NCBI RefSeq assembly: GCF_033153115.1
Contig: NW_026889805.1
Location: 14,942,001 to 15,006,000 of the forward strand
Reading direction: 5' to 3'
DNA: 64,000 bases
Source: Saccostrea echinata
Lineage: Eukaryota
In this document: positions 59,501-64,000 of the stretch, piece after piece
Position numbering within the stretch: position 1 is the first letter of the stretch
Layout: every line of letters begins with the position of its first letter
Position numbers and translations under genes: made by a program
Notes under the pieces: generated by a model
What the model was told of the DNA's origin: nothing
Seen by the model: the letters and a program-made list of their open reading frames with translations, nothing else
Database searches by the model: none

Positions 59501-61785
59501 TGACCAAGGTACTCATCTTGCACATCCTAGAGTCATTGAAAGATCACAGAGATAATTCTTTTAGTAAACAATTTCCCTCTCTCAATCATGAGGCCAAAAT
59601 CAAAATTACCTTTGTTTCCCCTAACGCGACCGACCCGATTAAATCACGCCGACTGAAAAGTTTTTTAAATAAGATTATTCAAATAATTTTTTTTAATGAT
59701 TATCAATTTTTATAAAATACAATTTCATGAAAATCTGTTTTTATTAGAACGGCCGATATTGTTTTACTGTGATTTTCAAGTGTTTGCTGGAAACAAAATG
59801 GTGCCCATAACATCTGGTTATAGAGGAATACTTTATTTGCGGTGTTATAAAACAACGGCAACGTATCAACCTCATGCCTTTAGCTTATTCGAATCCTACA
59901 CGCTTGAAAATTTCGTTAATAAAATATACCATAACTAATTAAGAGTGTTTTGGTGTTATTTGCAATCCTGTCTTTTGAAATTAAGGTACTTAGTACATGG
60001 CAAGGTCAACCTCATGAGCAGAGGAGGGGCCTACCTTGTGAATACATCAATCAATTTCACTGCATTTTATTTAATTTGAGTTTTGATCTAATAAACAGTC
60101 CATCTAAGTTCCATAGTCCTGAGTTGTAAATATGTCTGCATATTTCATCCTCATGAATATAATTCAGACGTCCTTTCTTCATGCCTTTCATTCATGGGTT
60201 AAACTTCGTGACTATGACATTGCGTACATGCATATTTATCATTTTTAGATATGGTTTGGTTCAATTAAATACTGAAAAAGTACATTGCATTAAGCACTGG
60301 AAGCTCAAAGTAGGTTTGAAAAATACTCGAATGTCCGGTCTTTGCGTATCTGAGAATCTTTTCTTTTCAAATATTCGATTTCAATACATTTACATTGGCG
60401 TGAGATATTGTACAAGTTATATCCGTGAATTAAACTTAAATTTAGCTTTTCAACGGCATTTGTATGATATTCTGTTTACAAATCGCTTTCTTTTGTACTG
60501 TTCTTATTCATATATAATGGCATGATTCCATTAAATTTCAGAAGGTATTTTCAAAGCTGCTGTCAGAAAAAAAATATTTACCTACCTACCTACCCAACTC
60601 GAGATTTTAGGGTCGGGTTAGGGGAAACAAAGATATTTTTAATGATGGCCTGATCCCAATTTTTTGAGTAGTTAACCGATGGACTCAACATATGATGCCC
60701 AGCTCCTGACACTGTGACAACCCACATACATAAAAAAAAATGGTTCAGACTAATACTACTCACTTAGACATATACCCATGATATTTGAAATATTGATTTT
60801 GAGATACCAAAATTCAACTACATGTATACCTCAGAGGAACAAACATGCAAACACAAACAAAAACATGAACAATTCCTTCCTACTTTGTTTACAATAAGTA
60901 ATTAAAAATCAGTAATTAAAAAAAATTTCCATTATATTTTTTCAATCTCAATCCAAGACTTACTTGCGAGCATCCATTCGAGTATTAGCTAAGGCTGCCT
61001 TTAATTGTTCATTAACAATTTCTGCTAGCATTTTGTCCACTTTGCCTGAATTTTGAAAGTCCAAAGACTTAAATAGCATCTCGCTTAACTTCACATAGTC
61101 TGAAATAATAACATTGCTATAATGATTATCATAATAATGTTATTGAATATTAGGTATGTTGAATCTTTGACATTTATAGCAGCAATGATCATTATTCAAA
61201 GTACAGAGAAGGATATCCATAGATTTCTGTTCTTTTCAAAGTTCTATGCAGGGTATCGAAATAATGAATCTTTTTGGTAGCAATTTTACTTTTGTTTTTA
61301 CTAATGCCTATTTTACATAAAAACACACTACAATTTTACCTTGTAACACACAGCAAGTAAAGACCCCTGACTTAAACACATCATATCGAACAGCTTCATA
61401 ATCCAGACACTCGATCTTCTTCAGAAGTTTGGTCGTTACAGGCTGGGGGATGTCTCTGTTAACAATGTGTACAAACAAATCAAGACAGGATATATCTTAT
61501 ACATCTATCTTTAATCCATAATCAAATTATTTGATCAATTGCTCCAAATGTTCATAAATCCTTCTCTTCTTAACAGCAACTGTGTCTCTAAATTTGACTG
61601 CCTGATTTCAAGAAAATCTGTTTATTATGTACAGTCTGACTATAAACCATAATGTTGCAATAAATCTCTGAAAATATGGCTATCTGCTTTTCTTTTAAAG
61701 GTAAACCAAAAATCACCATACCTGCAGAGTGTCTTAATGAGATCTGTATATGAAGTCCCGTTAAGACCATACAGTCTTTTACCAA
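53580..61785 (-). CDS. TPGS1: Tubulin polyglutamylase complex subunit 1, 3' six coding exons (5' exons not identified in window)
   Basis: Exons 61722-61785, 61340-61455, 60964-61099, 56272-56329, 54752-54832, 53580-53597 splice in frame: GKRLYGLNGTSYTDLIKTLCRDIPQPVTTKLLKKIECLDYEAVRYDVFKSGVFTCCVLQDYV..IVEAGYNLGPDGLFYALER..TLEQFTIEICDAFLSKVKRLR*. Colinear with my recollection of human TPGS1 (GLDGRTYSELL..LLRKVQCRDHEAV..EAGSRLGPDSL..FIAKVK). Absent from the ORF track. Confidence 0.88.
54930..55205 (-). mobile_element. Diverged tRNA-derived SINE related to the Meta/Deu copies
   Basis: ATATGGAGACGTCACC..GAGCAGTGAGGGATC..TTTTACGGTCTCATTC, and reverse B box GATTCGAACCC. Confidence 0.7.
55909..56040 (+). 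mobile_element. 3'-truncated tRNA-head Deu-domain SINE
   Basis: A box GTGGTGCATTGGTAGAGCG, B box GGGTCGAATCCC, then TCCTTCGGATGAGACCGTATAAACCGAG. Confidence 0.65.
56602..57184 (-). mobile_element. Complete short HINE (Helentron non-autonomous)
   Basis: AAACAAGAGGTCCATAGGCCAC..CTCACCTGAGCC at one end and GGCTCAGGTAAGCTAAAA at the other, which is the reverse of the 3206 start. Confidence 0.7.
57692..58520. mobile_element. pogo/Tigger-like MITE, probably with a nested insertion
   Basis: CAGTCAAACCTGT / ACAGGCTTGACTG|TA termini. Confidence 0.55.
59592..60650. mobile_element. Zator-like non-autonomous element
   Basis: GGCCA..TTTGTTTCCCCTAAC / GTTAGGGGAAACAAA..TGGCC TIRs, 3-bp TSD TGA, (CCTA)n subterminal motif. 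Confidence 0.65.
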
Positions 61786-62077
61786 CTACAAATTAAATTG
61801 AAATCAAGTGGTTAAAATTGAGTGCATATATATATAATATTCACTCAAGTTCATAATATGTTACCAACAGCAAGGTTGGAATTTCTTGAAGTCAAATGAC
61901 ACAAAAATCCTGACTTGGAGTAAAAAAATTTATTGAAGCTTAAATTTTATTTCTCAAAGCATCAAATAAAAAAGAATGGAAAGAAATTAAGATAGATCTG
62001 CTTGGTTGTTGCTATAACTGTGAATACTGAGACAAATATATTACACCTTAACTGGACATACAAATGTATCCATATAT

Positions 62078-62485
62078 TAGGGCTGGGACGATACAACTTT
62101 TTCTATATTGATACGTATCACAATATTTGAGCCATAATACGATATGTATCACAATATGTTTAATTGGTCATAAAAACTTTTTTTTGAATTGAAATGAACA
62201 AAACATTTCTTCACAAATAAGAATAATTTACCTGGTATTCAAAGAAGTTGTATATCTCTTGTAAAACGAAATTATTTTAGACAAGTGGTGTTAATTATTA
62301 TGTAATTCATATTTATAGTTATATTTAGCATATTAATTTTATATGTTAAGCCCAAAATGTTAAGTATACAAAGAAAAACATAAGTCAGAATTTTTTTTGC
62401 AATATTTCTTCATACATATCGATATGCGTATTGTCCTCACACAGCATCAATATTATCAATATCTCCATATATCATCCCAGCCCTA
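62078..62485. mobile_element. hAT-like MITE
   Basis: TIR TAGGGCTGGGACGATA / TATCATCCCAGCCCTA, perfect 8-bp TSD CCATATAT (62070-77, 62486-93). Confidence 0.85.
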
Positions 62486-64000
62486 CCATATATGTATTTA
62501 TAAGAGTGTTCCCTTAGGACTGCTATCATTTCCTAGAATTTCAAATTTTTCCTTTTTCATCTCTGGCTTGTGGATTTAACCTTAAGTTCAATCTGATTCA
62601 AAAAAACAATATAGACAAAGACAAGTGTCTGATCTTATGCTAAATAACTAATTAAAGTATCTGAAAGTCCAGTTGTCTACGTCAGAGTATACAATTGTTA
62701 GAAAAGACAAATTATAAGTACAAACAAGATGCATGTACAGTTCAAGATATCTCTATTATTTCTACTTTTAGATAAGACATAAAATGAAGACTTTTTTTAG
62801 TTGTACAGTGTAAAAGATATTTTTAGTTATATTTTTACATGCACTTTATACAGTACATGTAAACTGTAATTTCTGAGAATAAATTTTAAATTGAGTTTTA
62901 CTCAGAAGTCTCTGATGTGACAGTAGCTCTGCTGGTTTGCATTTACAGTGTATAAAAGTGGGGGGGGGGAAATGCACATGAACATGGAATTTTTATAAAT
63001 ATAAATACATTTAGAAAATTATATATCTTTGATGTTTTCTTAACAACATGTAGTACCTTTTTCTTTTTTGAAAAACCAAACCAAAACTTCAGTAGAAGAA
63101 GCATTGGTATGTATGAAGTTTACTAAAATTTGACCAAACCTGTAGAAAATGAAGCATTTTGAAAATAATCACAGAAATTTTTATTTTTAGTAACCATGGC
63201 AACATCATCCATTGAAATAAAAAAAAATGACACAGAGGATTATATATGTATATAAGTGAAGTCTACTTATTACCAAGTTTTATTGAAATTGGATCAAAAC
63301 TGTAACATTTAAAAAAAAATTGTTTATGGACAGACAGAGGGACGTTGGACACTTTGCTTTCACAAGTGCATAATTTTTTCTGGTCTTTGATCAGTATAGA
63401 GCTAAAAGAGGAGTGTTTACTCATGTTATTACTTCAAAGGCCTTGTAAACACAAAATAGACAACAGGATATTATTGACATTTATTTACAAACAAAACATC
63501 ACTCATAATAAATCTAATATTGATGGAAGTATAGAAGTAAGAGGAAGATGATGTCAAGTTAACATTTAGACTCTAATATCTATATTCAAGAGGAATATTT
63601 ACATACAGTTATATATATACATGTAGTTACTCACTCTCCTCCTCCATAAATAATAAATCTGGATGTCTCCTTCTATAATCTGATATTTACATTAAAAATC
63701 ATGTGAGATGTCAAAGTGGTAACAATATTATTTAAGGAATGAATTTAATAGCTGTATAGCCTGGACTGGAGCTGTTAATAAATGCTTTTTAAATAAACTG
63801 TGAAGCGGTTTATAAAAAAATGTGAACTGTTCCAACCCAGATTATACCAGTATAACTTCGGTAGCTATTAAATTCATTGCTTATAATTTAATTTTCCATC
63901 ATTAAGTTTAGAAAAATAAGACAATTTCTCCTTGAAAAGCGATATAAACAAATTTTTTATCCAATCAAATGACATGTTACGACCAAAATTAAATTATTCA

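Noticed and set aside
61864-63680. Possible upstream TPGS1 exons (AG..GT-bounded segments near 61865-61909, 62232-62257, 63634-63679)
   Set aside because: Translations do not resemble the expected TPGS1 N-terminal region; true 5' exons probably lie beyond the window.

Overview
AT-rich, intron-containing animal genomic DNA. The repeat families and genes point to a bivalve, most likely an oyster (Ostreidae); this is an inference. There are two assembly gaps (15349-15483, 41158-41325). Five spliced genes were reconstructed by hand from GT-AG sites and reading-frame phase: (1) a FAMeT-like domain + 2 sushi + TM receptor-like gene (+, 21529-28863, 372 aa); (2,3) a head-to-head pair of paralogous 7-exon tetraspanins (-, 31454-34225, 309 aa; +, 35081-40827, 288 aa); (4) a secreted 998-aa tyrosinase-like protein (+, 49432-53052) in which two of the six copper-ligand His are replaced (H->R in CuA, H->Q in CuB); (5) the 3' part of TPGS1 (-, 53580-61785), tail-to-tail with the tyrosinase. 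The rest is dense, nested transposon debris. It includes Penelope-like (Naiad-type) fragments, tRNA-derived Meta/Deu SINEs with TSDs, Helentron-type HINEs, a DIRS RNase H remnant, and non-autonomous Kolobok-, IS3EU-, hAT-, Tc1/mariner- and Zator-like elements, plus several minisatellites. Most ORFs in the supplied track are spurious or isolated exons. No prokaryotic systems (CRISPR etc.) are present. All calls were made by eye without searches.
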